Shown: in pieces, positions 1 through 9,725 of the stretch
Position numbering within the stretch: the first letter of the stretch is position 1
Layout: every line of letters starts with the position of its first letter
Assembly: GCA_910583765.1 (NCBI GenBank)
Contig: CAJTYS010000019.1
Coordinates: 7,246-71,245, forward strand
Reading direction: 5' to 3'
From: an uncultured Eubacteriales bacterium
Lineage (GTDB): Bacteria; Bacillota; Clostridia; Peptostreptococcales; Anaerovoracaceae
DNA length: 64,000 bases
Position numbers and translations under genes: made by a program
Notes under the pieces: model-generated
Told to the model about the DNA's origin: nothing
What the model saw: only the letters and a program-made list of their open reading frames with translations
Database searches by the model: none

Positions 1-204
1 ATTATATCACTTATATTGGCGCTTGTTATCAGATTTTTAGAAAATTCAATAAGAATTAGCGACATTCCGTTCTTTTCATGGGGGATCGCTGGTTTTCTGC
101 GGGAAACAATTGTAATGCCCTGGGGAAAAGGCTATAATGGTAGGGACAGCATCCATGAGCATCACCCAATCACAATGGAAATCCCGAAACTCCAGGAGAC
201 ATAT

Positions 205-819
205 ATGGAAATGAAGAAAAAAATCGCCGCCATCATCGCTATCCTCATGACCTTTAGTCTGACCGGCTGCTACCTCACCCTGACAGAACCGGAGGAAGTG
301 GTCACGGACTTTTTCGAGGGGCTGAAAACGAAAAACGAGGACGCTCTGATCTTATACACGAAAAATGAAGACATCAATATGCTGCTTCACAGCAAGGGCA
401 ACGAAGAAGCGCTGGACAACATGTACGAAAGCCTGTTCCGAAATTTCTCTTACCGGATCCTTTCCACCAAGAAAAACGAGGAGGAAACAGCCGCCACTAT
501 GGAAGTGGAACTGGCCAACGCTGATTTCAGCAAGGTTCTGAAAAGTTATCAAAAAGAAGCTTATAACTATATGGAGCGGAACCTTTATTCCGGCGACATG
601 AGCAAGCAAGCCCTGAACAAAAAGTGCCTGGAGATCTTCGCGGCCCAAGTGGAGAAAACGGCCAAAAAAGCAGAAAACGCAGAGCCTGGCAGCAAGAACG
701 CGCCTCAGACCCAGACGATTACCATCAATTTGACGAAAAACGATAATTACAGCTGGGACATGGAGCTGACGGAAGAAATGATGGAAATCATTTTGGGTGG
801 GCTGATTATTCCGTTGTAG
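205..819 (+). CDS. Putative lipoprotein of unknown function
   Basis: AGGAG RBS at 194-198 then ATG 205 (or 211); signal peptide MKKKIAAIIAILMTFSLTGC with lipobox LTG-C; the ORF-track start at 16 is probably too long. Confidence 0.75.
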   Translation: MEMKKKIAAIIAILMTFSLTGCYLTLTEPEEVVTDFFEGLKTKNEDALILYTKNEDINMLLHSKGNEEALDNMYESLFRNFSYRILSTKKNEEETAATMEVELANADFSKVLKSYQKEAYNYMERNLYSGDMSKQALNKKCLEIFAAQVEKTAKKAENAEPGSKNAPQTQTITINLTKNDNYSWDMELTEEMMEIILGGLIIPL

Positions 820-884
820 GATAGGGGCAGCAAACAAGCGGCACAAAAGCTCTAAGGGGAATAAAAAAATGGGAGGAAGAGAAC

Positions 885-2573
885 ATGTCAAAGGTCATCA
901 GCATTGGACGGCAGGATTACGAAAAGCTGCGGATGAGAAACAATTTTTACGTGGATAAAACCCATTTCATCAAAGAATGGTGGGAAGCGGATGATGAAGT
1001 GACGCTCATTACCCGTCCAAGAAGATTTGGAAAGACTTTGAACATGAGCATGTTGGAAAAATTCTTTTCCACAGACTATGCGGGCAGAAGCGATTTGTTT
1101 GAAGGGCTTTTTATATGGAAAGAGAACGAGTTTCGCGAGCTGCAGGGAACTTATCCGGTCATTTTCCTCAGTTTCGCCGATGTAAAAGAGCGAGATTTTT
1201 CACAAGCCCGCAAAATGATTTGTGGGAATATCCAAGAACTATACAACAAATTTGATTTCTTGCTGGAAAGCGATTCGCTGAATGAAAATGAAAAAAAGGC
1301 TTTCCGGGATGTGTCGGAAGACATGGAGAACAGCCGGGCGGCATCATCTCTCAGAGCATTGTCTAACTACCTGACACGTTATCACAAAAAAAGAACCATC
1401 ATTTTGCTGGACGAATATGACACACCCATGCAGGAAGCCTATGTGAACGGTTATTGGGATGATATGTCCGCCTTCATTAGGAGTTTGTTCAATTCCACCT
1501 TTAAAACCAATCCGTATTTAGAGCGGGGCCTTATGACTGGCATTACCAGGATCAGCCGAGAGTCGATTTTCTCTGATTTGAACAATTTGGAAGTGGTCAC
1601 CACCATTTCAGACAAATACACCGATTGTTTTGGCTTTACGGAAGCAGAAGTCTTCGCGGCTTTAGATGAATATGGGATGTCCGACAGAAAGGCCGAGGTA
1701 AAGGATTGGTACGATGGTTTTACCTTTGGTAACACCACTGATATCTATAACCCTTGGTCTATTATCAATTATCTGGATAAAAAGGAGGCATCCGCTTACT
1801 GGACCAATTCCAGCTCTAATCGTCTGGCAGGCAAACTGATTCAGGAAGGGAGCAAAGCAGTCAAGTTGGATTTTGAGCAGCTGTTGCGGGGAGAACCATT
1901 GGAAACAGAAATCGATGAGCAAATCGTATACGGGGAACTGCCTTGGCAGAAAAACGCGATTTGGAGCTTGTTGCTTGCCAGTGGTTATTTGAAAGTCTTA
2001 AAACGAGAACCGTCTCTGCCTACAGGCCATCGCAAGTACATGTTAGCTTTGACCAACTGGGAAGTGAAGGGGATGTTCGAGTCTATGGTGCGAGACTGGT
2101 TCGTAGGTTCAGAGGACGATTACAACGATTTTATCAAGGCTCTGCTCTCTGATGATCTGGAAGCCATGAACACCTATATGAACGATGTGGCCTTGGCGAC
2201 CTTCAGCAGTTTTGATACAGGCAGAAAACCTTCTAAATCAGAACCCGAACGCTTCTATCACGGCTTCGTCTTGGGCCTGATGGTGGAACTCTCTGACAGA
2301 TATGTTCTAAATTCCAATCGGGAGAGTGGATTTGGCAGGTATGATGTGATGCTGGAGCCAAAGAATCCGAAAAAAGATGCCATCATCCTGGAGTTCAAAG
2401 TTTTTCAGCCAAGCAAAGAAAAGGACTTGGAAGAAACAGCGCAGGCCGCGCTTACTCAAATCAAGGAAAAACAATACGCGGCTAGTCTAAAGGCCAAGGG
2501 TTTCACCCTGGAACAAATACGGATATACGGCTTCGCCTTTGAAGGTCAGAAAGTGTTGATTCAAGGCGGCTAG
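885..2573 (+). CDS. AAA-ATPase-like protein with C-terminal PD-(D/E)XK nuclease domain
   Basis: YVDKT, Walker A RPRRFGKT, Walker B LLDEYD, YNPWS; C-terminal ERFYHG...SNRESGFGRYD...ILEFK. Confidence 0.9.
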   Translation: MSKVISIGRQDYEKLRMRNNFYVDKTHFIKEWWEADDEVTLITRPRRFGKTLNMSMLEKFFSTDYAGRSDLFEGLFIWKENEFRELQGTYPVIFLSFADVKERDFSQARKMICGNIQELYNKFDFLLESDSLNENEKKAFRDVSEDMENSRAASSLRALSNYLTRYHKKRTIILLDEYDTPMQEAYVNGYWDDMSAFIRSLFNSTFKTNPYLERGLMTGITRISRESIFSDLNNLEVVTTISDKYTDCFGFTEAEVFAALDEYGMSDRKAEVKDWYDGFTFGNTTDIYNPWSIINYLDKKEASAYWTNSSSNRLAGKLIQEGSKAVKLDFEQLLRGEPLETEIDEQIVYGELPWQKNAIWSLLLASGYLKVLKREPSLPTGHRKYMLALTNWEVKGMFESMVRDWFVGSEDDYNDFIKALLSDDLEAMNTYMNDVALATFSSFDTGRKPSKSEPERFYHGFVLGLMVELSDRYVLNSNRESGFGRYDVMLEPKNPKKDAIILEFKVFQPSKEKDLEETAQAALTQIKEKQYAASLKAKGFTLEQIRIYGFAFEGQKVLIQGG

Positions 2574-2671
2574 GCGCAGAAAGCGAAAATGTTCAGTGTA
2601 GGGATGTTGTTGGCTGGACAACTACCTCAAAGTCTTACTACTAGCTATCACCCTCCTACGCGCTGCCCCAT

Positions 2672-3967
2672 CTACATCCCAATGCTCGCAGGATCCAGCA
2701 GAAAATCATAAATGTTCAGTATCCAGATTCCATTTTCATCATAATGGGCGGGAACAATGTCTTTGGTTATGACGATCTTTTTGAAGGAATCATCGATTTT
2801 TCTAAAGGGCCGCGTTTCCTGAACTCTCTTCTCTTCATCAGGAAGGGAATAGGCGGACTGGATATAGTATCTTAAGGAACCCAGATTGCACACAAAGTCC
2901 ACCTCCAGCTGCTTGCGAACCGCCTTTCCATCTTCCCCTTTTTCCGAAATCGGCACGACACCTACGTCTACCCGATATCCCCGCATGCGCAGCTCATTGT
3001 AAATCACGTTTTCCATTGCGTGAGTCTGCTCGATTTGGCGAAAATTGATCCGTGCGTTTCGCAAGCCAAGATCAGAAAAGTAATACTTTTTCGGGGTTTC
3101 GATATATGATTTCCCTTTGATATCATACCGATGCGCGGATTCGATCAAAAAAGAATCCTCAAAGCAGTCGAGATATTTTTTGATCGTGTTGGAAGTGATC
3201 CTGGATTTCTTTACGCTCCTGAAGGTGTTTTTCAGCTTTTCCGGATTGGTCAGTGAGCCAATGGCAGAAGAAAGGATATTCAGCAGATCCTCCAGTTCGC
3301 TCTGGTTTCTGATCCTGTTTCGCTTGTGTATGTCCCTAAGATATATTTCGCCAAACAAGTTCTCTAATGCGGCGACCTTGTCATTGACTTCATCTCGCAG
3401 AACCACCAGCGGGATCCCTCCATAAAGCATGTATTCTGACAAACCTTCATATTTATCGCCCTGATAGACGGACATGTATTCTGAAAAACTCAGCGGGTAC
3501 ATATGAATTTCATCGCCGCGCCCAGCGAACTCGGTAATAATGTCTTTAGATAAAAACTTCGCGTTGCTGCCGGTCACATAAACGTCCATGTTGTCCTTAC
3601 GGAGATAGCCGTTCAGCACAGACTCAAAGCAGTCCAGCATTTGCACCTCATCCAAAAGCAGGTAATACATCCCCTTTTCCGTAATCTGAGAACGGACATA
3701 TTCCATGAATTTCTCTGGATCAGCGCCTCTTTTTTCCTTTTCCATCTGGATCAGGCTTTCCCCGATCAGATGAAGATCATCCGCGGAATCAAAAGCAAAA
3801 CGGATGATATGACTTTCTTCTATGCCGTTTTCAAGCAGGTGATGGTAAAAAATCGTGTTCAGCAAATATGATTTCCCGCATCTGCGGATTCCAGTTATGA
3901 CCTTGATCAAACCATTGTTTTTTCTTTTTATCAGTTTATCCAAATAAAAATTTCTTGGAATTTCCAT
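2672..3967 (-). CDS. AAA_14 ATPase with DUF4143 domain
   Basis: GIRRCGKS, LLDEVQ, VTGSN, GGIP, KYYFSDLGLRN, EVDFV. Confidence 0.9.
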   Translation of the reverse strand: MEIPRNFYLDKLIKRKNNGLIKVITGIRRCGKSYLLNTIFYHHLLENGIEESHIIRFAFDSADDLHLIGESLIQMEKEKRGADPEKFMEYVRSQITEKGMYYLLLDEVQMLDCFESVLNGYLRKDNMDVYVTGSNAKFLSKDIITEFAGRGDEIHMYPLSFSEYMSVYQGDKYEGLSEYMLYGGIPLVVLRDEVNDKVAALENLFGEIYLRDIHKRNRIRNQSELEDLLNILSSAIGSLTNPEKLKNTFRSVKKSRITSNTIKKYLDCFEDSFLIESAHRYDIKGKSYIETPKKYYFSDLGLRNARINFRQIEQTHAMENVIYNELRMRGYRVDVGVVPISEKGEDGKAVRKQLEVDFVCNLGSLRYYIQSAYSLPDEEKRVQETRPFRKIDDSFKKIVITKDIVPAHYDENGIWILNIYDFLLDPASIGM

Positions 3968-4108
3968 GCCGCCGCTCCTTTATAAAAGATTTTCGCGTTT
4001 TCTCGCATTTTTCTATTTTAGAATAGTATAGAACCGCAGCAAAGTCAAACCCTTTTCACGCTTCACAAAAGATTTTTATAAAAAATCGCAAAAATCCTTT
4101 CTACACGC

Positions 4109-5131
4109 TTACCGCTGAACCCGGCCGCTCCCATCTCCTTCCATCAACCGCTCCACTTCCTCCACGCTCACCCGATTGAAATCACCTTCAATGGAATGTT
4201 TGAGACAGGAAGCCGCCACAGCGAATTCCAAGGCTTTACCCAGCTCCATGTTTTGACGCAGCCCGTAAATCAACCCAGCGCTAAAGCTATCGCCGCCGCC
4301 TACTCGGTCCACGATACGCACCGGATATTCACGGGAAAACAAATACTGTGTTCCATCGCTGATCATAGCCGCCCATTGATTGTCGCTGGCAGAAAGGCTG
4401 GTCCGCAGCGTGATCGCAGCATGAGAAAGGCCGAACCGTTCTATCAGCTGCTTTGCCACAGAGCAATAACCCCTGTGGTCCAGCTTGCCGCCTGTGACAT
4501 CTGTGTTTTCCGCCTTGATCCCAAAGACCTGCTCCGCGTCCTCCTCATTGGCAATGCAGACATCCACATATTCCATCAGCCGTCCCATGGTCTTTTCCGC
4601 CTCTTCCGAGGTCCATAGCTTTTTGCGAAAATTCAAATCGCAGCTGACCGTCAAACCGTGAGCCTTTGCCTTTTCACAGGCTTCCTGGCAAATTTCCGCC
4701 GCATCAGCGCTCAAGGCTGGCGTGATCCCAGTAAAATGAAACCACTTGGCCCCTCTAAAAATATCGTCCCAATCAAAATCCTCGCCCGTGGCTTCAGCGA
4801 TCGCTGATCCTGCCCGATCATAAATCACCTTTGAAGGTCTCTGAGACGCACCTGTTTCCAAATAGTAAATGCCCACTCGCTGGCCGCCCCGCGCGATATG
4901 CTCTGTGCCCACGCCAAAATAATCAAGACACCGAACCGCTGCTGTCCCGATCTCGTGGGCAGGCAGTTTTGTCACAAATTCCACATCTAACCCAAAATTC
5001 GCCAGAGAAACCGCCACGTTCGCCTCGCCGCCGCCAAAGGTGGCTTCCATCCGGTCGTTTTGAAAAAAACGGAGATAACCTTCTGGTTTTAACCGCAGCA
5101 TGATTTCTCCAAATGTAATGATATCCGCCAT
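4109..5131 (-). CDS. kdgK: 2-keto-3-deoxygluconate kinase (PfkB family)
   Basis: FGEIMLRL, GGGEANVAV, DLNFRKKLW, DRVGGGDSF; next to eda/uxaA. Confidence 0.93.
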   Translation of the reverse strand: MADIITFGEIMLRLKPEGYLRFFQNDRMEATFGGGEANVAVSLANFGLDVEFVTKLPAHEIGTAAVRCLDYFGVGTEHIARGGQRVGIYYLETGASQRPSKVIYDRAGSAIAEATGEDFDWDDIFRGAKWFHFTGITPALSADAAEICQEACEKAKAHGLTVSCDLNFRKKLWTSEEAEKTMGRLMEYVDVCIANEEDAEQVFGIKAENTDVTGGKLDHRGYCSVAKQLIERFGLSHAAITLRTSLSASDNQWAAMISDGTQYLFSREYPVRIVDRVGGGDSFSAGLIYGLRQNMELGKALEFAVAASCLKHSIEGDFNRVSVEEVERLMEGDGSGRVQR

Positions 5132-5146
5132 CGCTTTCCTCCATTC

Positions 5147-5806
5147 TCATGATCTCCGCGCCCTGACCGCAGCCACCACTGCTGCTGCCTGGACACACTG
5201 CTTTGTTACTTCTTCCCATAGGCCCTGCTCCAAAAAATCCGTTTTTACCATAAAAGAACCGCCGCACGCCAGCACAGGATCGCAGGAAAGATACTCGCAG
5301 AGATTTTCTAAAGAAATCCCGCCCGTTGGCATGAATTTGATCTGCGGGTATGGAGCTGACAAAGCTTTGATGGTTTTCACGCCTCCGTACTGTTGGGCTG
5401 GAAAAAATTTCAGAACCCGCAGTCCATACCCCATGGCCTGTTGGATCTCCGTAGGTGTCACGCAGCCTGGAAACACAGGAAGGTCATGCTTCAATCCATA
5501 CTCCACTACATCCGCGTCAAATCCCGGGCTCACCAAAAAAGCCGCGCCTGCTGCTTCTGCTCGTTTCGCCTGCTCCACGGAAAGGACCGTGCCCGCACCT
5601 GCCAAAATCCCTTTTGGACTAGCGTTCATGGCCTCGATCACCTTTTCCGCTCCTTCTTCCCGAAAAGTCACTTCTGCCAGAGACAGGCCCCCTGCTGCCA
5701 GTGCGCTTGCCAGCTGCCCCGCCTTTTCCACCTGCCGCAGCTGTATGACCGGTATGACTCCGGCCTCGTAAAATCCACGGCATATTTGCTCGTAACGCTC
5801 ATTCAT
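5147..5806 (-). CDS. eda: KDPG/KHG aldolase
   Basis: EVTFR, GAGTVL, FLVSPG, PGCVTPTEI, LKFFPA, MPTGG. Confidence 0.93.
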   Translation of the reverse strand: MNERYEQICRGFYEAGVIPVIQLRQVEKAGQLASALAAGGLSLAEVTFREEGAEKVIEAMNASPKGILAGAGTVLSVEQAKRAEAAGAAFLVSPGFDADVVEYGLKHDLPVFPGCVTPTEIQQAMGYGLRVLKFFPAQQYGGVKTIKALSAPYPQIKFMPTGGISLENLCEYLSCDPVLACGGSFMVKTDFLEQGLWEEVTKQCVQAAAVVAAVRARRS

Positions 5807-7266
5807 AATGTCACTCCTTGCTTAAATATGGCTACATCTCGATACTGCCTTTTTTCACTCTTGGTCCGCTGACCCGAAGCAGCCCGCAGCACGCATTGGA
5901 AAAACTCCTGCTCCACTTGCTTCCGCTGCTCCAGGCTCTCTGCGTCCAGCAGCCGCTGCCCATTGTAGTCGATCCAATCCTGCTTTCGTTCATACAACTC
6001 TTGATTGGAGGAAATTTTCATGGTCGGGACCGGTCCCCCAAATGGAGTCCCTCTGCCAGTGGTGAACAGGATCATGTGGGCCCCGGACAAAGCCAACGCA
6101 GTAGATGCCACCAGATCATTTCCAGGGGCCTGCAATAGATGCAGTCCTTTCTCCCTAATGGGCTCGCCATAGGCCAGAACGCCTTTCACTAGGCTGCTTC
6201 CGCCCTTTTGCACGCATCCCAGGGATTTGTCTTCCAGCGTGGTAATGCCTCCTGCCTTATTGCCAGGCGAGGGATTTTCGTAAATGACCTGATGGTGCCT
6301 GCGAAAATACGCCTTGAAATCCTCGATCAAATGGACCGTCTGTTGAAAAATTTCTCTGTTCTCGCAGCGTTCCATTAGGAACGTCTCCGCGCCAAACATC
6401 TCCGGCACTTCTGTTAAGATCACGCTGCCCCCCTGCCCGCAAAGCCAGTCTGAAAAAGCGCCCACCAAGGGATTGGCCGTGATCCCTGATAACCCGTCAG
6501 AGCCACCGCACTTCAAGCCGACCACTAAGTTTCCCGCTTCCACAGGCTGCCGCCCGCAGGACTTGGCATGATCCACCAATTCCCGCACCAAATGGACTCC
6601 CTCTTGTACCTCGTGTTCCACATCCTGGCACTGCAGCCACTTGAGCCGCCTCTCATTGTTTTTTGCATCCTGCGGCAAGTATGGCCTCAACATTTCAAAA
6701 TTGCAGTTCTCGCATCCCAAACCCAGCAGCAAAACACCGCCCGCGTTGGGGTGCATGGTCAGGGCTGCCAGCGCTTTTAAAGTGTTTTCCTGGTCCTCCC
6801 CCATCTGGGAACAGCCATAAGGATGGGTAACCGCATGGATTCCATCCACCTTTCCCCTGCCATAGGCCTGCGCTTCCCTGGCGATCTCCTGGGCCACGGA
6901 ATTGACGCACCCGACTGTGGCAATGATCCAGATTTCATTTCTCACCCCGCATCTTCCGTCTTCCCGCGGATATCCCTCAAACCACGCTGGAGCCGGCTTT
7001 GTATGGAAAGGCTCCTGTGGCTGCCCCGCGTACTGGTATTCCACCTGCTGATCCAGCAAGGTTTTCACATTGTGAACATGCACCCACTGGCCTTTTCTGA
7101 TATCCTTGGTTGCCCTGCCGATGGCCGCGCCGTATTTGATGATGACCCCGCCGTTTTCAATGTCCTCCAAGGCGAATTTGTGTCCCTTTGGGATCGGGTC
7201 CGACAATTCCAAGTCCTCCAGAGCCACCGCCACATTGTCACGCTCCTGAATTTTGATCCATTTCAC
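5803..7266 (-). CDS. uxaA: Altronate dehydratase (SAF + GD_AH_C domains)
   Basis: DNVAVAL, GHKFAL, HVHNVKT, HPYGCSQ, GLGCE, KCGGSDG, FTTGRGTP, C-terminal IFKQGVTL. Confidence 0.92.
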   Translation of the reverse strand: MKWIKIQERDNVAVALEDLELSDPIPKGHKFALEDIENGGVIIKYGAAIGRATKDIRKGQWVHVHNVKTLLDQQVEYQYAGQPQEPFHTKPAPAWFEGYPREDGRCGVRNEIWIIATVGCVNSVAQEIAREAQAYGRGKVDGIHAVTHPYGCSQMGEDQENTLKALAALTMHPNAGGVLLLGLGCENCNFEMLRPYLPQDAKNNERRLKWLQCQDVEHEVQEGVHLVRELVDHAKSCGRQPVEAGNLVVGLKCGGSDGLSGITANPLVGAFSDWLCGQGGSVILTEVPEMFGAETFLMERCENREIFQQTVHLIEDFKAYFRRHHQVIYENPSPGNKAGGITTLEDKSLGCVQKGGSSLVKGVLAYGEPIREKGLHLLQAPGNDLVASTALALSGAHMILFTTGRGTPFGGPVPTMKISSNQELYERKQDWIDYNGQRLLDAESLEQRKQVEQEFFQCVLRAASGQRTKSEKRQYRDVAIFKQGVTL

Positions 7267-8698
7267 TGCTCGTTCTCCTCAAAAAATCTGCCAGCGCCTG
7301 TTTCATGCCTGCCTGTTCAATGTCCTCTATGTACTGGGAAACCAGCGGCACAAGACCGTCTATACGGGTAAGGTCTTCCTGAAAAAAATCCTCTTGCCGC
7401 AAAAACTCTGCCGCCACATTATCGTCATGCCCTTTGCTGCGGAAAAAATCCACCACTGCTTGGTCGTCTCGGATGTTTCCTGTCTGGTAAAACACGATGA
7501 GCGCCGCCAGCGCGAACACCATGCGTTTTGGCAGCGCGCCTTTTTTGTGGAAATAATCCTTCATGGCAGGTTTTACTCTCGCGTTCCACTTGGAAACACT
7601 GTTCAGGGCGATATCCTCTAATTTATGATTGATAAATGGATTGGCAAAACGGTCCAGCACATCTGCCGCGAAACGGTTTGACTCGTCCCTGGGAAGATCG
7701 ATGGTAGGGATCACCTCTTCATCAAGCAGCCCTTTGATAAAGCAGCTGATGGCTTCATTCTCCATGCTCTCCCGCACGATTTTCTCCCCTGCCAGGATGC
7801 CCACTGGAACCATGCAGGTGTGTGCGCCGTTTAAGATTCGCACCTTTCGTTTTTTATAAGGCCCATGATCATTAGTGACGATCACCGGAAGTCCGGCTTT
7901 GGCAAAAGGCAGTTTTTCCGCTAAGGAGGTTGGACCTTCGATGACCCACAATCCAAAGGGTTCCGCGGTGTCCAGGAGCCGGTCATCATACCCGTTTGTC
8001 TTGTTTTCCCTTTCTAAATCATCTGGCGTTCCTGTGACGATCCGATCCACCAAAGTGCTGCAAAAGAGGTTTTCCCGCTGAATCCAATCCAGGAACGCGT
8101 CTCCCAGACCCCAGGCTTTGCTGTGTTTTAGGACACATTCTTTTAGCTTGCTCCCATTATTATCGATCAGCTCGCAGGAAAGGATCACGAAACCGCTGCT
8201 CTCTGGTCCCTGGGAAAACCGTTCAAACAAAAGCCTTGTGAGCTTCGCGGGAAAAGAGCTTGGCGGTCGGTCCTCAAACCGGCAGGTTTCATCGTAAACA
8301 ATGCCCGCCTCTGTTGTGTTGGATATGATATACGCAAAAGAGTCCTGTCTCCCAAGGGCCAGGAACCCTTCATAATCCTGATACGGATCGATTCCCCTGC
8401 TGATGCAGCTGATGATCCGCTTTTCCTTTTTTGCCTGACCGCTTTCAAATCCTTGCAAATACAAAGTATACAGCCCCTGCTGGCAATTGATGTCCGCCAC
8501 TCTTCCCTGTTTGATGGGCTGGACAACCGCCACTTTTCCAGCGAATCCCTGCTTTTCGTTGATGATATCGATAAAGTGATCCACGAATCCCCGCAGGAAA
8601 TTGCCTTCCCCGAACTGAATGATTTTTTCAGTTCCATGCTCCAGGAGAAAGCCGTCATAGCCCTGCTTTTTGATGGTTTTATAAGTAAGTCTTTCCAT
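7238..8698 (-). CDS. uxaB: Tagaturonate reductase (altronate oxidoreductase)
   Basis: IIQFGEGNFLRGF, SNTTEAGI, CELIDNNG, LVDRIVTG, KVRILNGAHT, RFANPFI. Confidence 0.93.
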   Translation of the reverse strand: MERLTYKTIKKQGYDGFLLEHGTEKIIQFGEGNFLRGFVDHFIDIINEKQGFAGKVAVVQPIKQGRVADINCQQGLYTLYLQGFESGQAKKEKRIISCISRGIDPYQDYEGFLALGRQDSFAYIISNTTEAGIVYDETCRFEDRPPSSFPAKLTRLLFERFSQGPESSGFVILSCELIDNNGSKLKECVLKHSKAWGLGDAFLDWIQRENLFCSTLVDRIVTGTPDDLERENKTNGYDDRLLDTAEPFGLWVIEGPTSLAEKLPFAKAGLPVIVTNDHGPYKKRKVRILNGAHTCMVPVGILAGEKIVRESMENEAISCFIKGLLDEEVIPTIDLPRDESNRFAADVLDRFANPFINHKLEDIALNSVSKWNARVKPAMKDYFHKKGALPKRMVFALAALIVFYQTGNIRDDQAVVDFFRSKGHDDNVAAEFLRQEDFFQEDLTRIDGLVPLVSQYIEDIEQAGMKQALADFLRRTSSEMDQNSGA

Positions 8699-8708
8699 AG
8701 ATCCTCCT

Positions 8709-9725
8709 TTAAAATTCGATCAATGTTTTCAGCATGCTTCCCTTGTTCTGATCAAAGGCTTCAAATGCCTGCGCGCCTTTTTCAAAGGGAAACACATGGG
8801 TGATGAGCTTTTCAAAGGGAATGGCTCTTTCGCGGAATGCTTTGATGACTGCCATAAAGTCTGACTCCACAGCGTTTCTCGCCCCATATACGGACAGCTC
8901 CTTTTTCTGCAGGATCGTGAAATCAAAGGCCAGGGTTTTCTTTCCCACTCCAATCTGGACCACTCGGCCCCCATAGGCCGCCAGGTCAATGGCTGATTGG
9001 AAGGTCTCCGGCAGCCCGACCGCCTCTGCGACCACATCGTATCCGTTGCCTTTGGTCAGAACGGCCGCATGTTCTGGCAGTTCTTTATCACTGCGCAGAT
9101 ATTGATCAAAATGAAAATTTCTGGCATAATCCAGCTTTTCTGCCGACCTGTCACAGACATGGACCTCCGCGCCCATGTGTTTTGCCCAGATCGCGGCTGT
9201 GGTCCCAATGGTTCCAGCTCCTATGACCAGCACTTTTTCATTTTGTTTGATAGCCGCTTTTTTCATGGCATGGTAGCCAATGCAAAAGGGCTCCACCAAG
9301 GCCAAATGCTTTGCTGAAATTCCCTGCCCCTTGTACAGGCGCTGGATGGGCATGGTAACGTACTGGCAAAAAGCGCCGTCCCGCTGCGCACCCATGGTCT
9401 GGTTGTGTTCACAACAGTTCACCAATCCCCTTTCGCAGGAATAACACGTCCCGCAGTTGAAATAGGGATTGGCTGTCACGATCATCCCTGGTTCCAGTCC
9501 CAGCTCATTGTCTTCGATCTCCACGATTTCCGCGGAAAATTCATGGCCTGGGATCCTGGGATAATCCGCATAGGCGAAAGTCCCCCGATAAGTCCCCAAA
9601 TCAGAGCCGCAGATGCCGCCATAAAGCAGCTTTAGCAAAGCCTCGCCCTGCTTTCTTTTTGGAATGGGCAGCTCCTTGTAAACCACCTGCCCTGGCTCTT
9701 CGATGCAAATACCTTTCACTAACAT
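8709..9725 (-). CDS. Zn-dependent sugar-acid dehydrogenase, likely L-galactonate 5-dehydrogenase-like
   Basis: GICGSD, GHEF, structural Zn C-x2-C-x2-C-x7-C, GAGTIG; substrate inferred from position directly upstream of uxaB. Confidence 0.75.
   Translation of the reverse strand: MLVKGICIEEPGQVVYKELPIPKRKQGEALLKLLYGGICGSDLGTYRGTFAYADYPRIPGHEFSAEIVEIEDNELGLEPGMIVTANPYFNCGTCYSCERGLVNCCEHNQTMGAQRDGAFCQYVTMPIQRLYKGQGISAKHLALVEPFCIGYHAMKKAAIKQNEKVLVIGAGTIGTTAAIWAKHMGAEVHVCDRSAEKLDYARNFHFDQYLRSDKELPEHAAVLTKGNGYDVVAEAVGLPETFQSAIDLAAYGGRVVQIGVGKKTLAFDFTILQKKELSVYGARNAVESDFMAVIKAFRERAIPFEKLITHVFPFEKGAQAFEAFDQNKGSMLKTLIEF

Noticed and set aside
817..2675. Imperfect inverted repeats (GATAGGGGCAGC / GCTGCCCCATC) flanking the AAA-nuclease gene as mobile-element ends
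   Set aside because: Short and imperfect, with no target duplication or transposase
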